From the NCBI GenBank assembly GCA_964016885.1, contig OZ024743.1, forward strand, positions 116,064,001-116,128,000: 64,000 nt of DNA, in the 5' to 3' direction. This DNA is from Eledone cirrhosa. Taxonomy: Eukaryota. Below the pieces are notes generated by a model. The model was not told the DNA's origin, made no database searches, and worked only from the letters and a program-made list of their open reading frames with translations. Made by a program: the position numbers and the translations under genes. This document shows, piece after piece, positions 12,837 through 24,483 of the stretch (position 1 is the first letter of the stretch; every line of letters starts with the position of its first letter).

Positions 12837-15800
12837 TTAAAGACACATACTCAGAGTAGGCCCATTCACTCGGGCCATACTTGCTTCTCTCACCCATCTT
12901 TCAACAAAATGCTGGGAAGAGAGCACTTCCCTCTCTACCCTTATTTTCCTTTTCAAATGAAATTTGAAAAAGTTAATCATGAATCACCGAAGAAGTAAGT
13001 GCTCGTCTTCAGCCCTTTCAAACGTGTTCACCATAATATCTCTTTCGCCATGGCCACCAGACAGATAAAAACTGCCTGCCCTTCCCGGTTAAAGGAAGAG
13101 GGCGGGGCAATCCTCACAATGTACTCAGCTGATAGCCGGATCCGTACTACACGTGACAGCAGGTGTTTGACATAAACCCACAAGTCAGCAATGCTCGGAC
13201 ACTGGACGAGTGCGTGCAGGACTGTTTCGTCGCCCTGCGCGCATCTCGGACATGCCCGACTGACGGCACCTCCATGCCTGTAGAGTTTATCCCGAACTGG
13301 CAAAGCTCCTCGGTAGCACTGCCAGGCCAGGGATTTCTGAAGTTGTCAATAGGCCCCGGCCCGAAAGTCCTTCCGAAGAGATTGGCTAGTTGATTTTCGT
13401 CAACGCCTAGAGTTTCTCCAAGTACGTCGTCGCTCTTCACCTCCACTAATCCTCTATAGAACGCCAAGGTGGAGTTTCTACCGATCACATTGCCCGATTG
13501 GACGAGGGCTGTGAGCGCCTGAAGACATTCCAGTCTGCAAGAGCTCCTCTCGGTCTTCGCTTGACTCAGGACAGCAACTCCGTCAAGGAGACGAGCTGGG
13601 GAAAGACGTGTCTAGCAAACGGCGACCACACCTGATCACCGTCGAGGAAGAGGTGGAGATGTCGTAGCCTGAGTGCGTGTCTGCGCATCATCAGCCACGG
13701 CATGCCGCCCTCCACATAGCGGGTGTTGACAGCAGATGGACCGCCTGACCATCGGAGCGCGTCCCTTCCACAAAATGCGAAAGAGCAAACGCTCCAGCGC
13801 AGTCAGGTCGGGCTTAGGACAAGGTACGATGGTAAGGCGGTAGTAGATCACGGACGCGATGTACGCGTTAGCCACCTTCGCTCGACCTTTCAGGTATAGC
13901 TTCCTCTCCGCCCATTTCTGGGTGAGAGAAGCCACCCTGCCCCGTCACCTCGTCCCAGTTTTTGTCCGTCTGGAGGGCCGGACCGAACCAGACCCCTAGC
14001 AATTTAACCGGTCCGTCCGTCCAGCGCCGGACGACGCCGTTGGACGGCATGGACCTGCCGCTCCAGGTGCCGAGCTGCAGGCCCACTGACTTTTCCTGGT
14101 TGATCATTGCTCCTGTCACCGCTTCGTATTTTCTTAGTGTAGTGCCGATCGCCTCGATGTGTTTGGCGTTCAACACCACTACGGTGACATCGTCCGCATA
14201 TGTTGACACGGATCTTCCGCATCCTAGTTCGCGCGGGACGCCCCTCCCCTCAACGTCTCCAGTTTGTGCAGTAATGGCTCGAGAGTCAATACGTACAAGA
14301 GGGACGAGAGGGGACATCCTTGGCGGACCGAGCGCATGATGTTGAACGGTTCCGAAAGGAGACCGTTCACTCTAACCACACAGCATATGTCGCTGTGCAT
14401 GGCAGCGATCCAGCCTCTGAAGACGGGCCCAAAACCAGCCGCCCTCAGGACTGCCGCTAGGTAACGATGGGCGACCCTATCGAAAGCTTTCGACTGATCT
14501 AAATTGATCAAGGACTCACCCGTGCCAGGTTCCCTAGCTACCCTCTCTACGATGTATCGCATGAGGTGGAGGTTTTCGTGGATGGATCTGTTGGGAATGG
14601 CGCACCTTGGCCAACATCTTGAACTCTGAGTTTAGCAGAGTTATGGGTCTGAAATTATCTATGTTATCCCCCTTGTTCGGATCCTTTCTCAGCAGCGCGA
14701 CAGCTCCTCGGCTCACAGAGTTGGGAATTCTCCCGTTCTTTTGACAGTTGCAGCAGACGTGCGCCAAGAGTCCTCCGAACAAGTCTGGCATCTGTACGTA
14801 AAGTTCATAGGGCAGACCATCCAAACCAGGCGATTTACCCCTTGTGCAGCCAGTCATTGCCTCCCTTACTTCAGCGGCTGTTATCGGCTTTTCGCAACAC
14901 TCCGCCTCAGTGGGCGAGAGCCGCGGCAGTCCGGCGAGGTAGACACTAATGTCCATCCCTCGATCCGGCCCGTCGCTGTCCCCGAACAGCTGTGCGAAGT
15001 GTCATCGAAAAGCTTCACACATTTGCCCGGGATCGATTAGCATGCGCCCGTCGTGGTCCAGCAAAGACCGTATCGTGGCTTTTTTGCCACGACGGGCCTC
15101 CGCCACTCGGGCCCATTGAACGGCTTTCGTCCCCTCGTGTCTGAGAGCACGCACCCTAGCTCTGACAATGCAGCCTTCGTGCTTTGCATTGAAGAATTGG
15201 TCAAGGGCCATATTCGCCGCAAGTACGTCGGTTGCGATGCCTTTGCTAAGCGCCTCGTCTAATTTTCTAACTAATTCTCCCTCTGCTCTATTTTTCTTTA
15301 TTGCTAAAGCCTTACTAAACCTAATGGACTCTATTCTAATTGCTTTTTTCAGAGCAAACCACCACTTGTTGTTGACGATGGCCCCCGTCAACGCTCGCTT
15401 AACTAGTTCGCTAATCCGGTATCTGTAGACCTTGCGTGCTGGCAAGGACGCGTTTAGCTTCCAGTAGCCGGGTCCTCGTCTATGAAGCCTATCTAAGTCA
15501 AGCACACAGATCACGAATTTGTGGTCCGTGTAGCTGACTATCTTGAATTGTGGACAGCCTATGCTAGACCTATCTATTTCCCTACAAAATACTCTATCTA
15601 GATATGTTCTGGATGACCCTATCCGATTTGTCCAAGTCCACATTGGCACATTCGGGAAATTCAATCGGTACCTCTCAGACACTTCAAAACGCCTGAGAAG
15701 TTTGGTGAGACTCTTGCACCCTCCTCCCCTATCCACTAATCTGACACAGTCCCGGCGTGCATCTAAGATCCCGTTCCAGTCGCCCACTAACACTAAAGAG

Positions 15801-16184
15801 CTGGACATTCCAATAAAGGTCTCCAGACGCCGGGGCATAGACGTCGGGGCATAGACGGCCACTAACCTGAAAGCTTGCCCGTCTCCGCTGGTCACTTCCA
15901 GCACAACAAACTTACCTTCTGGGTCCAAGAAGATGGCCCGTATGGCGAGATCCAAACCTCTCCGAAAAAGCACAGCAACCCCCCCCCAATCCCGGACGGC
16001 TGGGAGATGCGTACACATCGTAGCCGCCGAAGATCGGTGCGAAGGCCCGTGCTTCGGAGATTCTGGTCTCGCTGATGGCCACTACATCTATGTTTAGTGA
16101 CCTGAGGTCGTTGAGCAGGTGGCCCTGCTTCCATGACGACCCCAAGCCACGCTCATTTATGCTGCCTATTCTGAGTGAGGTCAT
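12837..16184 (-). pseudogene. Tx1-type ORF2 (APE endonuclease + RT), multiple frameshifts and deletions
   Basis: Fragments MTSLRIGSIN, VGDWNG, SYTDHK, QGCPLS, YADD and CPRC...HALVQC in different frames. Confidence 0.9.
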
Positions 16185-16218
16185 GTTGAAATGGAGTAGA
16201 AAAGATGGGAACGACCAC

Positions 16219-18166
16219 TTACCTTACTCTCGTAGAAGAAGGACTGTTTCTCCATCATTTTCACTGCTTGTGGTCTCCTCAGGAAGGATGTCCTTATAAA
16301 TCCTCCTGGAGAGTGCTTGTCAGAAGTCTCCGATGTCTTTGAGGAATTTTTGTTTTAGTGTGATGTACGTTTTCTGTGTGATGCGAGTGATTTGTATGTG
16401 TGAAGGTGGTGTGAACTTTTGGGTTGTTGTGTAGTCTTTTTCTGTGATGCTGGTGTTGTTTTGGATGTAATGTAATAATTGGTTGTTGTTCAAATTTGAT
16501 GCTGTGTAGTGTGTATCGTTTTGGTTGCTTTGTTTTGTTTGCGTTTATTGTGGGTTTGTTTCTGTTTCGCATTTTGGTGATTTTTGTGGTGTAGGTGATG
16601 GTGCTGTTGGGGTTAATGATGGTGATGGTGTTGGTGTTTGGGGTGATGGCGTTGGTGATGCTGGTGTGGATGGTGGCATGTCTTTCCTAACTTTTTTGTT
16701 TGATAGTTTATTTGTTTTGGGAGGGGGGAGGAAGAGAATTCTTTCTTTTTTGGTTTCTTTTTTTCTGTTTTCTTGAGACTGTTTCCCACTCCCCGTTGTC
16801 ACAATCTGTCTCCAGTTATGATAGGCCGGGGAGTGGAAAATCCTCCACAGGCGTTAGTTTTGGTTGTGGCATGGTGGATGGTGTAGGCGCTGGTGCTAGT
16901 TCTGGCGCGTTGGGTGGTGGTGGTGTTGGTTTTGCTACTGTTGCCGGGGTTGTTGCTGTTACAGTTGCTTCTGTTGTTGCTGCTACAGTTGTTGCTGCGA
17001 TCTCTGCTGCTGGTGGTGTTGGTGGTTGAGTCACTGAGGTGGGTAGGAGAGGTGGCTTCATCCTTTTAGCCTGAGGGCAGAAAGCCCTTAGGTGGGTTCC
17101 TTCACGACAAACGTCCCACCTAGGCCTTCTGCCCTCGAAAATTACGGTGAGGTGGCTGCCGTCAGTGAGGTCTATTACCTCTGGGATCTCCTCAATGCTT
17201 TTTTGGTCCGCTTAGATCAGGAGCTCCATCCCAGATCCGGACCAGTTCTCCTGCTTTTCTTTCGCTATTTCTATTATCTTGGTGTTGGCTTCGATGCCGG
17301 CGAGGACGGCAGCTATTAGCCAGAGATTTTCGATGGCCGGTGGAACGTGGGTTACCCTGATCTTTACGAGTCTCTGGCCTCAATAGCTTGGGATGAGTGT
17401 GAAGTCGTCACTTCTTAATGGTGCCATGGAGTGTTCTCTAGCCTCCTCTGGTGTTTCAAAGAACACATGCACGGTTCCATACTTCTGCCTACGTCTGATG
17501 TGGGTTATTCTTGCTCACACATATCCCAAAGCTTTTTGGATTTGGGACTCGGATGCCCGTTCCACTCGGCGCGATTTTACATTAATTGTTCGATAAGACA
17601 CGGTGCATAGGCGCCGATGCTCCATTTTATTAGGGGGCAAGGGGGGGCTGACCCTGTACCCATCTTTCTTTACCATTATTTTGTCTTCATCTCATTCCTC
17701 CTGATTTACCTGAAGTGCTTCGCACTGTTTTGCTACTCCGTCAAAATTCAGGGTGGTTTTCTTAATGTCATTGTTGCTGTTGTTGTTATCGTTATTTTTG
17801 TTATTATTAATTTTAGTTTCAGTTGTGGTGGTGTTGGCGTCAGTGGTGTTCGGTGTGGAAGAGTTCATTTTGGTTGAATTCATTTCGACATCACGAGCTA
17901 ATTTATTTTTTATTTTGTTTCTGTTGTCGCGGTGGTGGTGGGGGTGGTGGTTGTCGCGGTGGTGGTGGTGGCGGCTTTAACACCTGCAGTCATTGGTAAT
18001 GCCGGGAAATAAATGTCTGCCTGAGACGAATTTAAAATATTGCTACTGCTAATATTTTTTTTTTAGTGTTAGCAAACGTAGTAATATTTACAATGGTGGT
18101 GGCGTTGTGAGGTGTTAGTTTGTGAGGAAGGCTCTCAGTTGCTTGGTGCAGAGGTGAATCAGCCAT
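16219..18166 (-). pseudogene. Tx1-type ORF1, decayed, divergent paralog of the copy A ORF1
   Basis: LNFDGVAKQCEALQVNQEE aligns with ISFAGIAKNLETILITNEE of copy A; same Asn-rich and Pro/Thr-rich layout. Confidence 0.65.
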
Positions 18167-18375
18167 AATTTTTTCAAAGAAATTTGTAGATAATCATAAA
18201 AGTTTAAATTTCGGGCACAAGGCCCCAATTTTTTGGGTGTCCTTTTCGGAAAACAATGTATGTGCGCTTATATAGAGTTAACAATAAATATTTTCCATAA
18301 ATGGCAATTTTTAACAAACGAAAACAACAAACCTTTGCGGGGCTCACGATGATACGATTTACTACGTAGGTCGCC

Positions 18376-18407
<32 letters not shown>

Positions 18408-18694
18408 TAATAATAATAATAATAATAATAATGATTTCTTTATTAACCACAAGGGTTTACATAAAGTAGACATTAAGGACAGTGCAGGACAATGCAGGAC
18501 GGTACAAATGGGCATTTCTGCGTGTAAAAAAACAAAAACAGAGGATGTAACAAAAATAACAATGAAAATAACAATGAAAAATTCCCCAATAGGGGGGAGA
18601 CTTCAGAGGGACATTTGTGGAGAAAGCCCAGTAAAAAGCCACAATGACCCTGACCACCAAGGCAAGTGCCCTCTCCCAGTTTTCCACCTTTAGT

Positions 18695-21600
18695 TTACAG
18701 ATATATACTCAGAGTCGGCCCATTCACTCGGGCCATTCTTGCTTCTCTCACCCATCTTTCAACAAAATGCTGGGAAGAGAGCACTTCCTTCTCTACTCTG
18801 ATTTTCCTTTTCAAATGAAATTTGAAAAAGTCAATCAGAGCATCACCGAAGAGGTAAGTGCTCGTCTTCAGCCCTTTCAAACGTGTCCACCATACTATCT
18901 CTTTCGCCATGGCCACCAGACAGATAAAAACTGCCTGCCCTTCCCGGCTAAAGGAGGAGGGCGGGGCAATCCTCACGATAGACTCAGATGATAGCTGGAT
19001 CCGTCCTGAACGCGACAGCAGGTGTTCGACATAAACCCACAAGTCAGCAATTTTCGGACACTGGACGAGTGCGTGCAGGACGGTTTCGTCGCCCTGCGCG
19101 CATCTCGGACATGCCCGGCTGACGGCACCTCCATGCCTGTAGAGTTTATCCCGAACTGGCAAGGCTCCTCGGTAGCACTGCCAGGCCAGAGATTTCTGGA
19201 AGTTGTCCATAGGCCCTGGCCCGAAAGTTCTTCCGAAGAGATTGGCTAGTTGATTTTCGTCGACGCCTAGAGTTTCCCCAAGTACGTCGTCGCTCTTCCC
19301 CTCCACTAATCCTCTATAGAACGCCGAGGTGGAGTTTCCACCGATCACATTGCCCGATTGGTCGAGGGCTGTGAGCGCCTGAAGACATTCCAGTCTCCAG
19401 GCGCTCCCTCTCGGTCTTCGCTTGACCCAGGACTGCAGCTCCGTCAAGGAAACGAGCTGGGGAAAAACGCGTCTAGCAAACGGCGACCACACCTGATCAC
19501 CGTCGAGGAAGAGGTGGAGATGTCGTAGCCTGAGCGCGTGCCTGCGCATCATCAGCCACGGCATGCCCAGCCCTCCACGTAGCGGGTGTTGACAACAGAT
19601 GGACCGCCTGACCATCGGAGCACGTCCCTTCCACAAAAAGCGAAAGAGCAAACGCTCCAGCGCAGTCAGGCGAGGCTTAGGACAAGGTACGACGGTTAGG
19701 CGGTAGCAGATGACAGACGCAATGTACGCGTTAGCCACCTCCGCTCGACCTTTCAGGGATAGCTTCCTCTCCGCCCATTTCTGGGTAAGAGAAGCCACCC
19801 TGCTCGTCACCTCGTCCCAGTTTTTGTCCGTCTGGAGGTCCGGACCGAACCAGACCCCTAGCAATTTAACCGGTCCGTCCGTCCAGCGCCCGACGACGCT
19901 GTTGGACGGCATGGACCTGCCTCTCCAGGTGCCGAGCTGCAGGCCCACTGACTTTTCCTGGTTGATCATTGCTCCTGTCACCGCTTCGTATTCTCTTAGT
20001 GTAGTGCCGATCGCCTCGATGTGTTTGGCGTTCGACACCACTACGGTGACATCGTCGGCATATGCTGACACGGATCTTCCGCATCCTAGTTCGCGCGGGA
20101 CTCCCCTCAACGTCTCCAGTTTGTGCAGTAATGGCTCGAGAGTCAATACGTACAAGAGGGACGAGAGGGGACATCCTTGGCGGACCGAGCGCATGATGTT
20201 GAACGGTTCCGACAGGTGACCGTTCACTCTCACCACAGAGCAGATGTCGCTGTGCATGGCAGCGATCCAGCCTCTGAAGACGGGCCCAAAGCCAGCCGCC
20301 CTCAGGACTGCCGCTAGGTAACGATGGTCGACCCTATCGAAAGCTTTCGACTGATCTAAATTGATCAAGGACCCACCCGTGCCAGGTTCCCTAGCCACCC
20401 TCTCTACGATGTATCGCATGAGGTGGAGGTTGTCGTGGATGGATCTGTCGGGAATGGCGCATGTCTGCGCCTCTCCCACCAGACCACCAACGACAAGCGC
20501 CAACCTCTTTGCTAGCACCTTGGCCAAAATCTTAAACTCTGTGTTTAGCAGAGTTATGGGCCGGAAATTGTCTATGTTATCCCCCTTGTTCGGATCCTTT
20601 CTCAGCAGTGCCACCGCACCTCGGCTCACAGAACTGGGAATTCTCCCGTTCTGTTGCCAGTTGCAGTAGACGTCCGCCAAGAGGCCTCCGAACAAGTCTG
20701 GCATCTGTACGTAAAGTTCGTAGGGCAGACCATCCAAACCAGGCGATTTACCCCTTGTGCAGCCAGTCATTGCCTCCCGTACTTCAGCGGCTGTTATCGG
20801 CTTTTCGCAACACCTCGCCTCAGTGGCCGAGAGCCGCGGCAGTCCGTCGAGGTAGACACTAAAGTCCATCCCTCTACCCGGCCCCCCGCTGCCCCCGAAC
20901 AGCTGAGCGAAGTGTCGCTGAAAAGCTTCACACATTTGCCCGGGATCGAGTAGCATGCGCCCGTCGTGGTCCACCAAAGACCGGATCGTGGCTTTGTTGC
21001 CACGACGCGCCTCCGCCACTCGGGCCCATTGAACGGCTTTCGTCCCCTCGTGTCTGAGAGCACGCACCCTAGCTCTGACAACGCAGCCTTCGTGCTTTGC
21101 ATTGAAGAATTGGTCAAGGGCCAATTTCGCCGCAAGCACGTCGGTCGCAATGCCTTTGCTAAGCGCCTCGTCTAATTTTCTAACTAGTTCTCCCTCTGCT
21201 CTATTTTTCTCTATTGCTAAAGCCTTACTAAACCTAATCGATTCTATTCTAATCGCTCTTTTCAGAGCAAACCACCACTTGTTGTTGACGATGGCCCCCG
21301 TCAACGCCCGCTTAACTAGTTCGCTAATCCGGTCTCTGTAGGCCTTGCGCCCTGGTAAGGACGCGTTTAGCTTCCAGTAGCCGGGTCCTCGTCTATGAAG
21401 CCTATCTAAGTCAAGCACACAGGTCACGAATTTGTGGTCCGTGTAGCTGACTATCTTGAATTGTGGACAGCCTATGCTAGACCTATCTATTTCCCTACAA
21501 AATACTCTATCTAGATATGATCTGGATGACCCTATGCGGTTTGTCCAAGTCTACATTGGCACATTCGGGAAATCCAATCGGTACCTGTCAGACAGTTCAA

Positions 21601-22114
21601 AACGCCTGAGCAGGTTGGTGAGGCTCTTGCACCCTCCACCCCTATCCGCTAATCCCACACAGTCCCAGCGTGCATCTAAGATTCCGTTCCAGTCGCCCAC
21701 TAACACTAAAGAGCGGGACGTTCCAAGAAAGGTCTCCAGACGCCGGAAGAAATCAGGCCGCCCTGCTCCTGTCGGGGCATAGACGGCCACTAGCCTGAAA
21801 GCTTGCCCGTCTCCGCTGGTCACGTCCAGCACCACCAGCTTACCCTCTGGGTCCAGGAAGATGGCCCGTGTGGCGAGATCCAAACCTCTCCGAAAAAGCA
21901 CAGCAACTCCTCCACCCGATCCAGGACGGCTGGGAGATGCGTACACATCGTAGCCGCCGAAGATCGGTGCGAAGGCCCGTGCTTCGGAGATTCTGGTCTC
22001 GCTGATGGCCACTACATCTATGTTTAGTGACCTGAGGTCGTTGAGCAGGTGACCCTGCTTCCATGACGACCCCAAGCCACGCGCATTTATGCTGCCTATT
22101 CTGAGTGAGGTCAT
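18695..22114 (-). pseudogene. ORF2: APE endonuclease + reverse transcriptase + C-terminal Cys/His motif (~1139 codons, one premature stop)
   Basis: ORFs 22114-21551 and 21427-18695 are in frame, split by TGG>TAG at 21551-21553 (Trp in other copies); motifs GSINARG, GDWN, TDH, FRPITLLN, KAFDRV, QGCPLS, YADD, CPRC..HALVQC. Confidence 0.93.
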
Positions 22115-22149
22115 GTTTAAAATAGAGTGGAAAAGATGGGAAAGACCAC

Positions 22150-24246
22150 TTACCGTACTTTTGGTAGAGGAGGGATGGTTTTTACATCCCTTTTCACTTG
22201 ATCGTCTGGTGAAGGGACCGTTGAATCGTCCCTTCGGCTGGTCGTCGGCTCTTCTAAGAGAATGTCTGAGTATACTCTTCGATTGATGGTTCCTCCTAGG
22301 TCCCTGAAATCACCAACTGCGTTGGGGAATTTCGTTTTAATGTTTGTGTATTGTTTCTGTGCTATTTTTAGCAGTCTTATGTTAGTTGGCGTTTTGATTG
22401 GTGCTGGTATTATGTAGTCCTGTTGTGAAATGTCTGTGTGTTCAATTATGTAAGTCATTAGTTTCTTGTTGTGTGTATTTATTGCCGTGCATTTGTTTTT
22501 CTGGGGGTGGGGTGTGGTTCTGCTATTTTCTTGTCGTTGTTGCTGGGTGTGTGTGTTTTGTTGTTGTGTTTGCGATGTTGGTGCTTGTGGTGGTGGTGTT
22601 GAAGGTGTTGTTGGCGGTGGGGTTGTCGCCGGTGGTGATGGTGGTGCTAGTGTGGGTGGTGATGGTGTTGGTGTTGTTGCTGCTGTGGGTCTCTTTGCAG
22701 TAGACTTTACCCTTTTCTCATTTCTTTCCTCCCTTTTCAAAGGCGACGATGCGCTGCTTCTGCGTTTGTGCCTTCTTGCGACCTTTTGCCATCCCTCTCC
22801 CACCTCACACTCCATGTCTGATTCTGTGAGGTCGGGGAGGGGTACCAGCTCCACTCTTTCACTTGTTGTTGTTGGTGATGTTTGCACTGGAGTCTCTGTT
22901 GCAGCTGCATTTGGTATTGCTGTTGTTGTTGTTAATATTTCCACTGCTGCTGCTGTCTTTGATTTCCGTGGAGTGGGTATGGGTGCCACGGACCTATCGT
23001 TCCTGGTTGCCGCTTGTCCTGTTGCTGGTAGCCGTGGAGCCGGATTCGGAAGGAGGGGGGTTTTCTCCTTTCTCAGGGTCTTCTCGTTGCAGAAGGCCCT
23101 GAGGTGAGTCTTCGATCCACAGCGAAAGCATTTCGGGCGTTTGCCCTCAACACTTATGGGCAGTTGAGTGCCGTTATCGAAGTCTATCACATCCGGGATA
23201 GCTTCGATGCACTCCTGGTTGGTTTGGATTAGCATCTCAATGGAGGAGCCGACCCAATCTTCTCTTACTTTTTTCTGTACTTGCAGTACAGTTGTTTTGT
23301 CCTCGATTCCGACGAGGACAGACGCGGCCAGCCAAGAAGGGGTCATTCCGGGGGGGACGTGGGTCAGTTTGACCCTCACAATTTTTTGCCCACAGTAGGA
23401 GGGCACCAACACCATTTCCTCGCTCCTTAGGGTCACTACTGATTGGGCCTTTGCCTCCTGGGGTGTGGCAAAAAGTACGTCTACGGTGGCATATTTTTTG
23501 CCTCGGGTGATGTGCGTTTTCCGCTGCCACACAGACCCCAAGGCTTTTTGTATTTGGGCCTCTGTGGCTCTTTCCACCCTACGGGATTTTGTACTTACTG
23601 TACGGTACGTGACCGTACAGTGCTCTTGGGTTTCGAAAAAATTTTTCGCTGCCTTGCAGATTGCTCGGTGTCCGTTCTTTGTCACCATCTTCTTCGCTTC
23701 CTCTAATTCCTCATTTGTTATGAGGATTGTTTCCAAATTTTTCGCAATACCTGCAAATGAGATTGGTTTTTCTCTGCTGTTGTTGTTGTCGTCAGAGCTG
23801 CTGGTACTTTTGTTGTTGCTGCAGGTACTACGACTACTGCCTCCGCCGCTGTTGCTGTGGTTGTTGTTGGTGTTGCTGCTGCTAATGCTGTTGTTGTTTA
23901 TGCTGCTGGTGATGCTGTTGCGGCTGCTACTGTTGTTTTCATTGTCACTGTTGCTGTTGTTATTACGGCTGCTACTGCTATTATTCCTGACGTCAGACGA
24001 ATGAACTGGGTTTTCGTATTTCCCGCACACCTGTTTCGTCGCTGTCGTCGTCGTCGTGGAGAAACCTTGCACGCTTTGCACGAGACTTTTCTTTTCTTTC
24101 GTCACTTGCGAAAGAGAAGGGAGGGAGAGAGACACATTTAAAGAAGGGAGGGAGAGAGACAATCTTCTCTCTGCTGTAGTGATGATTGAGGAAGAAGAAG
24201 ACGGAATGAGTGGGAGTGACGTATGAAATTTCTTTTTGGTAGCCAT
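22150..24246 (-). CDS. ORF1 nucleic-acid-binding protein with gag-like zinc knuckle
   Basis: Open frame from ATG 24246; CFRCGSKTHLRAFC = CX2CX4HX4C; Ser/Asn-rich N-terminal and Pro/Thr-rich C-terminal regions. Confidence 0.85.
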   Translation of the reverse strand: MATKKKFHTSLPLIPSSSSSIITTAERRLSLSLPSLNVSLSLPSLSQVTKEKKSLVQSVQGFSTTTTTATKQVCGKYENPVHSSDVRNNSSSSRNNNSNSDNENNSSSRNSITSSINNNSISSSNTNNNHSNSGGGSSRSTCSNNKSTSSSDDNNNSREKPISFAGIAKNLETILITNEELEEAKKMVTKNGHRAICKAAKNFFETQEHCTVTYRTVSTKSRRVERATEAQIQKALGSVWQRKTHITRGKKYATVDVLFATPQEAKAQSVVTLRSEEMVLVPSYCGQKIVRVKLTHVPPGMTPSWLAASVLVGIEDKTTVLQVQKKVREDWVGSSIEMLIQTNQECIEAIPDVIDFDNGTQLPISVEGKRPKCFRCGSKTHLRAFCNEKTLRKEKTPLLPNPAPRLPATGQAATRNDRSVAPIPTPRKSKTAAAVEILTTTTAIPNAAATETPVQTSPTTTSERVELVPLPDLTESDMECEVGEGWQKVARRHKRRSSASSPLKREERNEKRVKSTAKRPTAATTPTPSPPTLAPPSPPATTPPPTTPSTPPPQAPTSQTQQQNTHTQQQRQENSRTTPHPQKNKCTAINTHNKKLMTYIIEHTDISQQDYIIPAPIKTPTNIRLLKIAQKQYTNIKTKFPNAVGDFRDLGGTINRRVYSDILLEEPTTSRRDDSTVPSPDDQVKRDVKTIPPLPKVR

Positions 24247-24483
24247 GTTTTTTTGTTTAAAATGAAATTTTGGGTACAAAACCCCAATAACTGGTTATTT
24301 AACCCCGAAGGGCCAAATAACGGACAGAAAGACCCCTCTCACGAGGAGGAGGGTGTCTTTATCAACAATTTGGTTCAAGTTTTAAACAATTTACAATTGT
24401 TTTAACGGTTAAAAATTACTATACCTTACAGAGCCGAGCCTCCGTCAACCATGGCATTCAATAATAATAATAATAATAATAAT

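Larger units (their letters stand above)
12593..18374 (-). mobile_element. Tx1/L1-type LINE, full-length decayed copy B (divergent 5'UTR/ORF1)
   Basis: ORF2 and 3'UTR closely similar to copy A; 3' AATAAA next to the repeat tract; (AAT)n on both sides. Confidence 0.9.
18433..24459 (-). mobile_element. Tx1/L1-type LINE, full-length near-intact copy A (~6.0 kb)
   Basis: 5'UTR, ORF1, ORF2 and 3'UTR with AATAAA; same 5' terminus as copy C; (AAT)n on both sides. Confidence 0.95.

Noticed and set aside
19710-24141. Plus-strand ORFs overlapping the Tx1 element
   Set aside because: Antisense shadows of GC-rich or low-complexity coding sequence, with no recognisable motifs
24400-24459. HDV-like ribozyme at the Tx1 5' end
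   Set aside because: Could not build the nested double pseudoknot by eye
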